Below, one piece after another: positions 50,651 to 63,850 of a DNA stretch of 64,000 nucleotides. Under the pieces are notes generated by a model that made no database searches, had not been told where the DNA came from, and saw nothing but the letters and a program-made list of their open reading frames with translations. Numbering within the stretch: the first letter of the stretch is position 1; every line of letters starts with the position of its first letter. The stretch spans positions 15,314,001 to 15,378,000 of the forward strand of contig NC_045714.1 of the NCBI RefSeq assembly GCF_009834535.1. The letters run 5' to 3'. The translations under genes were made by a program, and so were the position numbers. The stretch comes from Camelus ferus. Lineage: Eukaryota.

Positions 50651-53384
50651 GGTACCGTGGTAGATGGGGGTGTGGCCATGCCCCCAGCTGTGCTCAGCCT
50701 GGGGCCATTTCAGCTTTGCCTTTACGGTGGGGCGTCCGCGAGACTCCAGCGTCCCCATAGGCTGCTTGCCTACCCCTCTCGAAGAAGGGAGAGACCTCTG
50801 GAAAGGGCTGCCTGGTGGTCATTCGCGGCCCAGCCCTAGCCTTTCTGACCCTGGGTGTCCTCACCTGTAAAATGGGGTTAAAAGCGCGCTCTCACCATGC
50901 TGTAGGAGCCTTCCCGATGAGGGGGGTTCCTGTGCTGCGGTGCCAGTGGATGCTGGGGATTTGAGTTCTTATATCTGGGGTCACCAAATGTCCCTGTGCG
51001 TGGAGCCTGGCTGAGTCCCTTTCAACCCCTCTACTTGCCCCAAGATGTTCTAAAGTTCAAAGTCACACCCTCCCCTTTGCCACGAATGCCTGTCCCTTCT
51101 CTATGGCCAACTCTCCCCAGATTTTACTACGCTGTACAGCTGTGAGTTAAATTCCTTATCCCAGCATGCTTTGGGCCATTGTCTGGGCGGCCCTGACCCT
51201 GCTCTGGAAGTGGTCTGCAGAGTGTCTGAGTCCCCCGGGCCTTGGACCATGTGTAGCTGCTGTCCCCAGTGCAGGCACTCAGCCCTGTCGGCCCTCAGTG
51301 CCTGGGTCCTGCTCACAAAATGCCTTCCAGTCACACGGGTTGTGTGTGCTCACGTTTTTCAGAGCTCTTGGGGGAATGAAGGGAAGTGAAGGATTTATAC
51401 AAACTCTTCGTTCATCTTGTAAATATCCAGGTGTCCCCCGTGTGCCAGGCGGTGGGACGTAGCAGTGACAGGACACAGCAGCCCTGGAGCAGATGAAGTG
51501 GACTTGTAGACTGGGTGAGAGTTGAGGAGGGCTACGGAGAACCAGAGAGCGAGGAGGGAGAGGTGGGAGGTGTTAAGCACAGAGCTGGAGCCAGCAGGGC
51601 AGCAGGACAGGGGCCTAGGGGGTGGAGGCCAGGCTGCAGGAGAGCGAAGGGCAAGTTCAGGGAGTTGGGGGGCCCCTGGAAGCCAGGGTGCCCAGGGGGC
51701 CGGGTGACATGATGAGAGACCTGTCGGGCCGCCATGTTGACAGGCTGGCCAGGACAGGACAGATGCGGGAAACCTGCCCAGAAAGGAGGTGGCTGCTTCT
51801 TATTTAGCTGAAGATAACAGTCCTGGGGCGTGGGGCGTAGGTCATACAACTTCGTCAAGGTCTCAGAGCCATGCTGATCCCATGGTGTGCGATGTGGCAT
51901 CTCCATCCACCTCCTGAGAATTGTGTGTGGCAGCTGGATGTGGGTGGGGGTCAGCACAATTCTCTCCCTCCTTGGGCCACTCTATACTCCCTCCCTCCCC
52001 GCCTTCCATACCCTGTCCTTGCTCTGGCCACTCTCCCACATCCTCGGGCCACTTGGGCCTCTCTATTCCCCTTGCCTCGCCCTCCTGAGTCTTTTGCACC
52101 TCCTCTGGGGAGTCTCTCCCATATTCCACGGGAGGAACAAGGGGACTGGGCAGGGACTCATTCAAGGCTATGCAGCAGGTAATGCTGGAGCTGGGGTTTG
52201 AACCCAGGGTCCTCTGTCCAGAGCATGAGCTCTGGGCCACAGGGACCTACCTGATTCCTCACAGCCCCCAGTGCACTGGGCGGTGGCCCAATGCATTGCT
52301 CTCCCGTAGTAGAAGCCTCCTCCAGCCCCTGCAGATATGTCCCTGGCTACTTTCCCAGGCCTTCTCAGCAGATCTAGGACCCCTCCCTGGGTGGGGACCA
52401 AAGGATGCCCTGTGTGCCAGCCCCACACCCGGTGCAGAGATATCTGTGAGGCCACCGTCCTGCTGGCTTCCTCAGGGCTATGTGTGCCTGTCTCACCCTC
52501 TGTCCTCACGTGTCTGCCTGATGCAGAGTGACACCATCCCCCATGGAGTTCTCACTGTGTGGGGCCGTGGCACCAAGTGAGACCATTGAGACTTCCTTTT
52601 TAAAGATAAAGAAATGGTAGCTCAGAGAAGTGATGAAATGAAATGTGCTTTTACTAAACGGATGAAATCATCCTAGCACTCAGTACGTCCCCAAGAGACA
52701 GAATGCTGGGGTTCAAGTCACATGAGCTTAACCAGGGAGCCAGGGCTGGCTGTCATCCTGTGCTTGTCACGGTTTATGTGCTGCCGCTCCTGGACAGAGG
52801 CACTGCCTCCCTTTCCCTGTCCCTCTGTCCCAGGCCACAGCCACCTTCTCTCCCCCTGTTCCTTGTCTCCTCTCCCTGCCTGAACCTCCGACCACCATCG
52901 AGAGCCTCCCCTCCCTCCTGGAACTGCCCCAGACTCCAGCTCCAGATCCTGGGTGTGGATCAAAGCCAAGGGTGCAATGGCCCAGAAGGGGCGAAGGGTC
53001 TTGTGTGGGGGAGGAGCTTGCTGAGGACACAGAGGGCCCAGGTCCCCATCCAGAGCCTGAGCCTGATCCTGAGGATTCCTTGCTGGACCCTAGCTCTGAC
53101 CTCTACTGGTAGAGGACACACCCCTCTGGGATCAGTTCTCTGCTTTGGGCAGTGACGCTGCAGGAGCCTCCTCGCAGGGGAGTGCCTTGTCTGAGACCCC
53201 CACCTCTGCAGCCTGGTAGATGGGCCGGGAGGGAGGAAAAGGGAGAGGTGGCCAGAAGAAGTTGGGGAGAATAGTAAGTTCTCAAAGGGGAGATCTGTCT
53301 GAAACTCGGGAGGCTCTTCAGAGTCCAGAGGGTTGGCAGGACGTGGGTCTGTCAGAATGGGACAGGGGCAGTGTCTCTCCTGTC

Positions 53385-53412
53385 GTGTGTGTGTGTGTGT
53401 GTGTGTGTGTGT
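53385..53412. repeat. (GT)14 microsatellite
   Basis: Read directly from the sequence. Confidence 0.95.
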
Positions 53413-54051
53413 AGTCTGCTAAGGGGCAAAGGAGGACAATCAGGATGGAAAGGAAAACCAGAGGGTTTCTGTCTGGGTGGCAGGGGCCTGTCTGAGGGGC
53501 TCCCCTTCTCCAGTCTCTCCATCCTCTGGTGGACCTCCTAGGCATGGCTGACTTGCCAAAGGCCAGCTTGGGCTTCTGCAGTCACTCTTCTGCCCAGAGT
53601 ATCACCTTCCTCTCTGACCCCCTGATGGAATGACCTGCTGTCTATGGTCCTATTTGGGTACCACTCTCTCCGAGGCTGCTCGCTCTTCTTGGGGCGTGAC
53701 TATTGCCAGCCCAGGCTCTTGCTCCTGTCACAACCAGACTAGGGGCCCCCATGGATTCACAGGGCACCAGGTTACGTGATGGGAGTAGCATGGGATCTGG
53801 GGGATTAGGAGTGTCCCTGCCCCCTGTTAACCTGACATATGCCAACTTGCACCTTCCTACTTTGTTGGAGGAGCAGCATGCTGTGTACCCCGATGTCAGT
53901 GACTCGCATGTGGGAGAGGCGGCCTCCACACTTCCCCACTTCCCTCCCAGGGGACCTAGAGAGGGAAGCGGAGAGACCAGAAGGGGCTTGGAAAGTGAGA
54001 ACTTTATGTCCGACGGTGGGGAGCGGCCGGCCGGGCACTTCGGGATATCCG

Positions 54052-54849
54052 TCAACGTGGGAAGATGGTGCCGTCGACTGTCTCCTCCAGGATGGTCTCC
54101 ACGCGCCTCCGCTGCAGGGAAGAGGGGCTGGGGCACGACGTGCGGGGAGGCGGGCGGGCGGGCCCCCTCCCCTGCCTGCGGGCACCTCTTGACGGTCCAG
54201 GGGATCCGGGATTCGCGTGGGCTTCAGCTGCCGCGGCAGGAACAGCTCCAGCCGGATGGCGGCGCGCGCGGACTTCTGCCGCAGGATGAGGAGCGAGATT
54301 TCCTCGGCCTGCGGGTCCCGGGGTTGGGGCGTGGGGGGAGGGGGGAGAGATGTTTCAGAGCCAGTGCTACGTGGCAGAGCCCCAAGCCGGGTCGCGACCC
54401 CTCCTGCCCGCCCGGAGCCTCACCCGCATGCGGGCGTAGCGCAGTCGTAAGGCGCGGACTCGTCCTCGGGCCTCGGCTGCTTTGAGGACGCCGAGGAGCC
54501 GGTCCTGGCGCTCCGCCGGCCGCTCGAGGGGCTGCGTCCACGCGCGCGGGTCAGGCATGCGGTACCCCAGCTCCAACGAGTCGCACGGGAAGACGGAAGC
54601 GGCCGCGCCCACGTCCTCAAGCAGGTCGCCGAAGAGCAGGTGGCTGTGGCGTTGCCCGGGGCCCATGGCAGCCAGCCCCTCCAGCGTCAAGGCCCAGCCC
54701 GGCCTGGGGGGCTCCGCCGCGGCCGCCCCTTTGGCGCGCTTCTCACCGGCCCCTGCGCCCTGCGCGCCCTTTCCCGCTCGCCCCCGCGGGCCCCTAGGCC
54801 CGGCCTCCTTCTCCCGCGGCTGCTGCGGCGGCGCCAGCGTTGGTTGCAT
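54052..54849 (-). CDS. LKAAEAR1: LKAAEAR motif containing 1 (C20orf201), 202 aa
   Basis: Exons 54424-54849 (MQPTLAPP...LLGVLKAAEARGRVRALRLRYARMR), 54186-54308 (AEEISLLILRQKSARAAIRLELFL...DPLDRQE) and 54052-54111 (RRRVETILEETVDGTIFPR*). GT-AG introns, all phase 0. Possible CATAAA poly(A) signal at 54003-54008. Confidence 0.94.
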
Positions 54850-57440
54850 TCTCCGAGGGAAGGGGATGTCTGTTGGTGCCCGAGCGGTGTCCGTTGTGCC
54901 CGCTCCTTTGGCCTGACCTGGCCCCACCGCGGGCTTCCAGCTCTGGCCCCTCTGGACTCCCTGCCGCCCGCCTTAGGCCCCGCACCTCTGGCCTCTGCAC
55001 CTTTGCCCAAGCCTAGCACACGTCCTGGTCAACTCAGCTTCCCTGCTCACTCCTGCTGTCAGCTAGAACTTTCTGATCCACTCCCTTTCTGGAAATTCCC
55101 TTCCTGCCCACCAGCTGTTTCTCTGTCCACTGAGAAAATGCTGAGACCCCTGAGCTGACCTCAAGCACTACCCAGGGGTGGAGACTGCTGAGACTGCCCT
55201 GGGTGAGGCTTGGTGGACAATTCCCCACGATGCTGGGACCCTTGCTGTGTTCAGTCCCCCAGGTCTGCATTGGCCCCAGGCCTCTCTGTCTTGATGTGAG
55301 GGGCTGGAGATGGAACGGGTGGGCCTTCATTATATCTTGGGCAGAGAACTCATGCTTTTCTGGGAGGGGTGTGTGTGTGTGTGGGGGGGGTCAGTTTGTA
55401 TGTCTGTGGGAGGTCTCACGTGTGTGTGTGGGGGAAGCTCAGAGCCAAATGGACAGCTGGCTTGCTACAGGGGAGACGTCCTCCTCCTAGCCTGTCCCTG
55501 CTGGGACTAGATTGAGTAAGGGAGAGGGGAGCCCAGGGAGGAGGTGATAGAGGGGAATAGGGCCCACGAGGTGGAAAGGGAAACTGCCCTAGAAGTCCTA
55601 ATTCAGTCCTGCAGGGCTCTTTCCCTCTCCTGGCCCCTTTCCCACAGTATCCCTGACCCCAGACCCTGGGCTGAGTCCTGGCCCACTGTGGGACAGGCAG
55701 AGCCACAGTCTGGGTGTCTGGTAGCATCCACTCCCTCCCCTGCCTCATCCTTGGCTGCAGTGGTCCAAGGGCCCGGCCCTCACCTGCCTTCTGCACACCC
55801 TTCCTACCTTCTTCCTTGCTGGGTCTGAACCTCCAACTCAGCTGGGACTCTCTGGGGCTTGTTGATGTGGTTGCTGGGCAACCAGGAAGCCTGCCCCTCC
55901 CCCAAGCCGGCCGGGGTGGGGCAACCCCTCCGGAGGTACATGGGCAGAGCTGTGCCCAGAAGTCCCAGGCCATATGTCCTGCCAGGGGCATCCCAGGCTG
56001 TCAAGGACTGGGAAGGAGGTGACCAACAACTTACAGCCCGGTATGCTTTTTCCCTTTCTGGGGAGGCCTAAATGCACTCTTCTGTGGGCCCAGCTTCCTG
56101 GCTGGAGAGGTCTTTGGGGGCTAGTTTTGGAGTCAGGGGGCACAATCGTGAGGAGACCTTCATGAGTGAGCCCCTTTCCCCTCTGCATGGCCAAGAGGCC
56201 TCCCACAGCGGAACTCAGGACGCTTCACCTCTTCTGGGGCCAGTTTGGAGTCCCAGGGGTGGTGCAAGACCAGACTTGGGTTTTGATGAGCCCTAAGTCT
56301 CTGGGTATTGGGTCCTAGATTTCTGTAATTGACTTGTGCATTTGTTAGTTAGCTGTAATATTTTATAACGGATTCACTTAGTTAATTCTTTAATTTGTTC
56401 ATGCATTTGTCACTGTACTCTAGATTCGTTAATTCATGTACTGATTCCACAGTTTATGGTAGGCCAGCATTAGTGCATTGAGTGCATTGAATTATTCATG
56501 TACTGGTGGCTCCCACAGTACATACGTTCCACTCCCCTTCGTTAGTGGATGTGCCGGAGGGCCAGTGTGGGCGCTGGGATCCATGGATGGCCTGCTTTGG
56601 GGGTTCAGGGCCTAAGCCCCTGGGAGGATGGACTGTCCTGGCTTTGGGGGTGAGGTCTCTGCTGAGGTTCTGCCTTCTGGACAGAGGCTGTTGAGTGTTC
56701 CCATTGTTTTTGGAAGCTTGTTCTGGCCTCCTGGTGAGAGGGAAAGCTATGACTCTCCGCCCTCCATGTCCCTGGAGTCTGCACGCCATCCCCCTTCCTG
56801 AAGCTGCGTGGAACTGTTCATCCTTCCAGCCCCTAAGCCTTTGCAGGAGCTGCTCCTTCCTGCCCTGCTTGTGCCTTTAGGGTGGGTCTGGGCCTTGAGA
56901 TTTAGCATCAGCCTTGGGGCTTGTTGAAGACAAAGGTCTCTGGGCTCCAGAAGAAGCAGAGAGGGCTTAGGAAGGATGATCTGGCAGGCCACCTCCTTCA
57001 GGCAGGCCTCCTGGATTTACACAGCTCCAGCTGGGGCCACCTCTGACTCTAATTCTGTGCTCCCACATGAGTGAGTTCTACAAGACAGGGATCTGGGCCC
57101 TCCTCTGAGCTTCCCCAGGGCCCAGGACAGGGATAGGCAGTGGGGGAGTGGTTAGGGGGCATTGTCTCCAGGAAGAGGGGACTTGTAACTTTCCCTCTGC
57201 TTCTGTAGGATTGAAAACCTTTGACACCTTCTCCTCCCTAATTCCCAGAGGGCCTGGTGTCCACACAGCTCACATCCCTGGGCTTGGTTTCTTTCTGCTT
57301 CTCCACACACCCCTGGGAGGAAGGTGCTCCCACATGTTTGGGCCCAGCCACTGTGAGACAGCAGGCCACGTCCTTCACCTGTTTCTGTGTCCAGGATTCA
57401 TTTTATTATTTTTTTCTTTCTTTTAAAAAATTTTTTTTTA

Positions 57441-57779
57441 ATTGAAGTGCAGTCAGTTACAGTGTGTCAGTTTCTGGTGTACAGCACAAAGTCCCAGTCA
57501 TGCATACACATACACATATTTGTTTTCATATCCTTTTTCATGAGAGGTTATTACAAGATATTGAATCTGTATTCCCTGTGCTGTGCAGAAGAAACTTTTT
57601 TTTTTTTTAAGGATTCATTTTCGAGGGCTGATGGAAATGCTGAGGTCCAAAAGCACGTTGATCTTGTAATAACCTTTAATGAAAACGAATATGAAAATGA
57701 ATATATGTATGTGTATGCAGGATTGGGACATGATGCTGTACACCAGAAACTGGCACATTGTAATTGATGGTACTTCAAT
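57441..57779. repeat. Inverted pair of L1 3'UTR-derived fragments (arms 57441-57559 and 57661-57779)
   Basis: The reverse complement of arm 1 aligns gap-free to arm 2 over about 119 bp (roughly 85% identity by eye). Both resemble the 3'UTR of the L1 at about 5280-5410. Confidence 0.85.
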
Positions 57780-60413
57780 TACAACAAAATTTTTTTTAAA
57801 AAGCATGTTGATCGATGCCAAAGGCTGAAAATAAAACTTCAAAGTAAAATGAATAAGTTATTAAATGACTGCAAAATTTAACATTATATTGAAAATCTAC
57901 AACTCAGTTCTCTGTCACTGTATTTAAATAAGAAGAAGTTAAAATCACAAGGAAAAAGTAATTTTTTATGAGGAAATCATTTTGCTTTTTAGCAGCGCTG
58001 CTGGCCTGGTGACTGAATACCCTGGTGGATAGATGTCCTGGGTGAGCTGCCTACGACTATGCTTCGACTCCTGTGCCCAGCTCAGAGGTGGTGGAAAGTG
58101 TGGAGACTGAGGGGGGCAGACAGCGGGCCTGCCCCAGGCAGTTAGGGCCAGTGCGAGCCTGCCATCTGGCCCTGATGGGCCCTGAGTCACTGGGTGCAAG
58201 AGTGAGGTGTGTTCTGCGCAGCCTGTGAGTGTAAACGGCCCTCAGGGCCCTGTGTCCTGCCCCAAATGCCTGTGACCTCCAAGTGCAGCCCTTGTGTGGC
58301 TTTCACCGTAATTTGTGGACATGTGCTCTGCCCTGTCATTCCCATAAGCTACGTGTCTTTGGCTGCCCTGGCACCCCACATGCTTTGCTTTGCCTGCATA
58401 TGACATGTGTGTTTGAGGTTGTTTTGCTTTGACACAAGTGCTCACATGTGTTCCCCGCTGACCCGTGTGTAACCCATGTTTTCTGTGTCTTACCCTTCTG
58501 TGCCGGGTGGAGAGAGGCCTGGGCCATTTCCTTGGCCAGCCCCCTTTGTGGGAAATCTCCAGGGTCCAGGACTGGGTGGCTGCCACCCCCAGGGAGTGTA
58601 GTCAGCATCCCGGCCTGACCACCCACTGGCCTAGCCACCCACTGGCCTGTCCTTGGGCTGAGACTGCCTGTGAGCGGCCAGGTGTCTGCCTCTGGGCATC
58701 CTCTGCGCTGGCTTCATCCAGTGCGCCCTCACAGGAGATCTGTCCAGACCAGAACTCATACCCAGCCTCAGAGCAGCCTTCTAGCCCAGGCTTTTCCTCA
58801 GACTGAGGCCTGGGCTAGGAGGCAGCTGAAGGCCATTAGGAAACACAGCTTAGCTCAGTAAGCTGCCCCCAGGCAGCAGGGGCAGGAGGGACTGGGGTTG
58901 GCTGCTCAGACCTTGGGGAGCCAGCCTGGGGAGGCTGGGGGAGGGTGAGCCTCCCTGGGTTGCTGGGCTCCTGAGGTCAAGGCAATGGGGTTTCGATCTT
59001 CACCTGGAGAATGTGGTGCACGTGTGTGTCCCCTGGGTGTCTGAGTCTGCGATCTGTGTGTCTGCCTGCTCTCTCATGCCTGCTACCTGTGTGCCTCACA
59101 TGCACCTAAGTGTGTCTGCATGTGTGTGGCCCATGATTTTGTGCATCCCTTCAAGTGTCTGCATTCCTGAGCATGTACTTTGACTGTGTGTTTATCCTTG
59201 TGCCTGTTTGGGCATCTTTGTGTGTGTCTGCAGTTATGTGAGTCTTTGTGTCCTGAGTGCCTTCTGTGGATGTGCCTCGTGTCTCCCCACGTGTCCCTGA
59301 GTCGACTGCAGTGAAGATGCAGAGATAAGTCCTGGGGGACAGCTTGGGATGCTGAGTCCTAGGGTATCTGCCTGCTCTGTCCTCTCTTGATTTGCCAGGT
59401 ATCCTAGCGACGCTGCTGCCAGTTGCCTAGCAACAATGTCTCCATCCTTGGAGACAGATGCACAGAGCAGGGTCTGGGCTGTGTGGGCAGAGCCCACGTG
59501 CAGGAAGAACGACCCCTTGACTGGGTGGGGCTGGCGATTCAGCTCAGGGGTCACCCACTTGGCATGTGACCCCAGTGCTGGGAAGGAGGCAGCTCTCTGT
59601 TCAGCTGCATGGATGCTGGGGGCCCAGGCTGTAAGGGAATGAGGCTCAGATGTTGTTCTGGGGCAGAGATGTCCCTGGTGTGTCTCAAAGCGACAGAGAG
59701 ACCTGGGTTTGAACCCAGTCTCTGCCACTTTGACATGTGGCTTCACAGCTGTGAGGCTTAATGATCTTGTTGGCGCTGAGGTGATGCTGATGGCAACGGT
59801 GAAGTGTAGTGGGGCTGGATGGGCTTATGCTCAGGATGGGCTTGGCACACAGTAGGCACGTGGGGCACACAGTGGGCACACGGAGTGCACAGGAGAGCCC
59901 AAGCATCCTGCTTGTTTACTGCGAGGCTCTGATCTGCTTAGGGCGGGCTGGGCAGGGGCCCTGCTGTGTGTCCACCCACCCGCTGGCCTGCTGTGGCTCA
60001 GCTTCCCTGGGGCCCAGCCGAGGGGCACTGCTCCGGGCACGGAATGCCAGCTCAGGCAGGTCTGAGTCCGTCCAAGGCTGCGTGTCTGTGTGTGAGATGT
60101 GGCTCCGGTCTGTCTCAGCCTGTCCTGTGTGTATCTCTCTGAGTCCCTGTCCCATGTCTTTGTGTGTTTCTGTGTGTCCCTGTGTGAGTGTCTGTGTCCA
60201 CATGTCTGAGTCCCTGTGAGCATCTGTGTCCCTGTGTCCGGGCTCTGTGGGTCCAAGCCTGTCTCTGTTCTTCTCTAAGTGTGTGCCCTGGTCCTCGTGT
60301 GTGTCCGCATGCCGCCTGAGGACTGGCGCCCCGTCCCTGCTGCCCCCTCCTCCAGCCTGCTTGGCCCCTCCCCCTCTGGAGCTGCAGCCTCCTCCCCCTC
60401 CCCCGTGCACCAG

Positions 60414-60581
60414 GCTGCGGCGTCTGGCCTGGTGTCTACTGAGGAGGAGCAGCTGCCGCTGCAGCCGCAGTCCCCAGTCCCGTCAGACCCGGTGCTGAGT
60501 CGGGGAGGGGCTCCCCGGCCTGCTGGCCAGCCAGCCGTGGGTTCGGGTTCCCCGGTCTCCGCTCCCACGGAGGTGACTGAG
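60414..60581 (+). other. OPRL1: Probable non-coding 5'UTR exon of OPRL1
   Basis: Pyrimidine tract plus CAG acceptor at 60411-60413 and a strong donor GAG|GTAAGG. No ATG. Resembles the recalled human OPRL1 5'UTR. Confidence 0.55.
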
Positions 60582-61153
60582 GTAAGGCTGGAGCTGCTGG
60601 GGTGGGTGTGGAGGTGACCCAGGATGGGCTGCAGCGGCCGGGCAGGGCTGGGGAGGCACGGGGGGTTGCCGGGTGTCCTGGGTTCCAGGTGTTTCTGGGT
60701 ATGCGTTGGTTGGTCCTTTTCGTGCCTGCATGTGCATGAGGGCAGGTTTGGGCATCCGTGTGTGTGTGTGTGTATGTATGTGCACGGCTGTGTGTCCACG
60801 AGTCCCCGTGGGTGGACACGTGTCCTGGTATGTGACTACATCTACACAGCCCATGTGGGAGCCTGCAAGCTGAAGGGGACTGTATCCCTGTGTGTGCACA
60901 TATGCCTCTGTGTTTGTGTGTCTCTGTCTGGATATATGTATCTGCTTGTCTCCATGGCCCCAGCATGTGTGTGTGTACCTGTGTGTGCACAGGTATGCGC
61001 CTGTGTCCCTGTGCACGTGGCGGTCTGGGGGTGCGTGTGCCTCCGGGCCATGCACACTGAGCTTGGAGGCCGGGGCTGGTGGGTGTTGGGCACTGTGCTC
61101 ACATGTCCCTGTGCCTTCCCAGGTACAGGTGGCTCTGCACGTCAAGCGGTGGC

Positions 61154-61386
61154 ATGGAGTCCCTCTTCCCTGCCCCGTTCTGGGAGGTCCTCTACAGCAG
61201 CCACCTGCAGGGAAACCTGTCCCTCCTGAGCCCCAACCACAGCCTACTGCCCCCACACCTGCTGCTCAATACCAGCCACGGCGCCTTCCTGCCCCTCGGA
61301 CTCAAGGTCACCATCGTGGGGCTCTACCTGGCTGTGTGCATCGGGGGGCTGCTGGGGAACTGTCTCGTCATGTACGTCATCCTCAG
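61154..61386 (+). CDS. OPRL1: Nociceptin/orphanin FQ receptor, first coding exon (N-terminus plus TM1); remainder lies beyond the window
   Basis: Acceptor at 61121-61122, ATG 61154. [78 protein letters not shown], then a phase-2 donor AG|GTAGG. Confidence 0.96.
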
Positions 61387-61899
61387 GTAGGCTGGCCCCC
61401 AGCTACAGGGGGAATGGAAGCAAGACACAGGGGCCATTCTGGGCAACCTGGCGCTGGGCAGGGTCAGGCCCGAAGCCCTGGCTGCTCAGCTCCTCAGGGT
61501 GGGGCACTTGGTTGGGGGAGGGGCCATCCTGTCCCAGATGGAGCGTCACCCTGACTGCTGACAGATGACGTTCAGTCTGAGCCGTGGGCCAGGCTCCCCG
61601 CCAAGCTGCCGCATGGTTATCTGACTGGTCCCACAGCGACCCCGAGAGGCAGCTCTTGTCAGTCTGTCCAGGGCTGGTGCCAGGGCAGGTCCCCTTCCCT
61701 CCAGCTCCAGGACTCGTGCTCTCTGCTAATAACCTGGGCTGATTCCAGCATTTGCTGTTGCTCAGAATAGGAGTGCTTGTGGGGTTGAGGAGGGCAGCCA
61801 GGCTGTTGGGGGGAACATTATAGGGGAGCAGTGTGGGTTAGTGTGGGGACACCTTGGGGGACAGAGGGGAGACAGCGTGGTAAGACAGCATGGGGAGAG

Positions 61900-62360
61900 A
61901 GTGGGGACATGCATGTGTGTGCAGGCATGTGCAGGTATGTGTGTGCACTATGTGAGCATGTGCATATTTGTGTGTACACAAATGTGTGCGTGCACACGTG
62001 TGAATGTGCACATGGATGTGTTCACACATGTGGGAGTGTGTGCACGTATGGGTGTGTACATACACGTGAGTGTGCACTGCACCTTGAACAGGCCTGTGTG
62101 TGCATGCATACAATGCATGGAGTATGTGCATGTTTGTACACATATATGAGTGTGTACACGAATGTGTGAGCATGAACACGTATGTGCGCACATGGGCACA
62201 TGTGTTCATGCCCGTGTGTGCACTGTGGGCATGTAAGTGCGTACTGCACAGTGTACATATATGTGTGCATGTACACACGCACTTGTGTCTGTGTATGTGT
62301 CTGTACACGTGTGAGCATGCACTTGTCTGTGTGTATGTGTTGGTGTGTATTATGTATGTG
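61900..62360. repeat. Degenerate TG/CA-rich low-complexity tract
   Basis: Imperfect (TG)n/(CATG)n. Similar tracts lie at about 59000-59260 and 60100-61020. Confidence 0.8.
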
Positions 62361-62751
62361 TTTGGACAAGGGGCTGGAAGGAGCAGCTGCCGCTTCCCCA
62401 GTGCTGACCCCCAGGGGACTAGATTCATGTGCCCCTTTGTGGTTGGAGGGTGTGTTGTGGGTGAGAAACACAGCAACTGGGGGTGGTTCTGTTCATCCTT
62501 CCTGCTGTTAGAGCTTCTCTGTGTCTCTCTTCTGCCCTGGGGCATCAGAACTGGCAGGGTCACGTCTTGGATCAGAGCAGACAGGGAGGTGGTCTTGTCC
62601 ACAAGTGGTCCCCAGAGAGCACAATGCGCAGCAGCCGCTGGGACCACACTGGCCTGAGAGGCAGCACAGTGTATTCCGAGCCAGTGGACTGGGGTGGGCT
62701 GCCTCATGCACCAGAAACACCCAAGTTCCAAGCCCTGCTCTTGTTTAAAGA

Positions 62752-63850
62752 CTGTTTTTTTTTTTTTTTTTTTAAAGAGCAGTTTTAGGTTCACAGCAAA
62801 ATTGAGGGGAAGGTACAGAGGTTTCCCATTTGCCGCCTGCCCCCCACCTTCCACAGTCTTCCCCATGATCAATCTTCCCACCAGAACAGGACATGTTTTA
62901 CAGTTGATGAACCTACACTGACTGTCACAGCCACCCCAAGTCCATAGTTTACATCAGGGTTTCCTCTTGGTGTTGTACATTCTGTGGGTTTTGACAACTG
63001 TATAATGACACGTACCCACAATTACAACATCACACAGAGCAGTTTCACTGCCCTGAAGATCCCCTGTGCTCTGCCTGCGCACACTTCCCCACCTCCCAGG
63101 CCCTGGCAAACAGTGATCTTTTTTCTGTCTGCATAATTTTGCCTTTTCCAGAATGTCATGTAGTTGGAGTCACACAATCTAGCCTTTTCAGGCTGGCTTC
63201 TCTCACTTAGTTAAATTTTTTTTTATCGTTGAGTAATAGTCCATTTTCTGGATGGAAAGTTTATCCATCCACCTACTGGAGGACATCTTGGTTGTTGCCG
63301 GGTTTTGGCNNNNNNNNNNNNNNNNNNNNNNNNNNNNNNNNNNNNNNNNNNNNNNNNNNNNNNNNNNNNNNNNNNNNNNNNNNNNNNNNNNNNNNNNNNN
63401 NNNNNNNNNNNNNNNNNNNNNNNNNNNNNNNNNNNNNNNNNNNNNNNNNNNNNNNNNNNNNNNNNNNNNNNNNNNNNNNNNNNNNNNNNNNNNNNNGCTT
63501 GCTGCTCCCCCTCCTCACCAGTGTTTGGTGCTGTCAGGGTTCTGGATTTTGGCCATTCTAGTAAGTGTGTAGTGGTGTCTCGTTGTTGTTTTCATTTGCG
63601 TTTCCCCGATGCTGCATGATGTGGAGCATCTTTTCATGTACTTACTTGCCGTCTCTGTATCTTCTTTGGTGATGGGTCTGTTAAGGTCTTTGGCCCATTT
63701 TTAACCAGGCTGTTTGTTTCCTTGTTGAGTAGTAGGAGTTCTTCGTGTGTTCTAGGTGGCAGTCCTGTGTCCGATGTGTGTTTGGCAAATCTCTTCTCCC
63801 ATCTGTGGCTGGTCTTCTGGTTCTCTTGAGCCACTCACTCTGCTTTTTGC
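62752..63850 (-). mobile_element. Old L1M 3' fragment (ORF2 end plus 3'UTR), with N-gap 63310-63496
   Basis: Poly-T then agcagttttaggttcacagcaaaattgag.... The minus frame gives WEKRFAKHTSDTGL...HEELLLLNKETNSLVKNGPKTL, a degenerate L1 ORF2. Confidence 0.85.

Noticed and set aside
59900-61700. Search for an RE1/NRSE silencer near OPRL1
   Set aside because: Only partial half-sites (CTGTCC, TCAGCAC) were found, with no convincing full motif.
61838-62881. 347-aa His/Thr/Cys-rich ORF and similar ORFs at 60275-61554
   Set aside because: Translations of TG/CA low-complexity repeats and L1 sequence.
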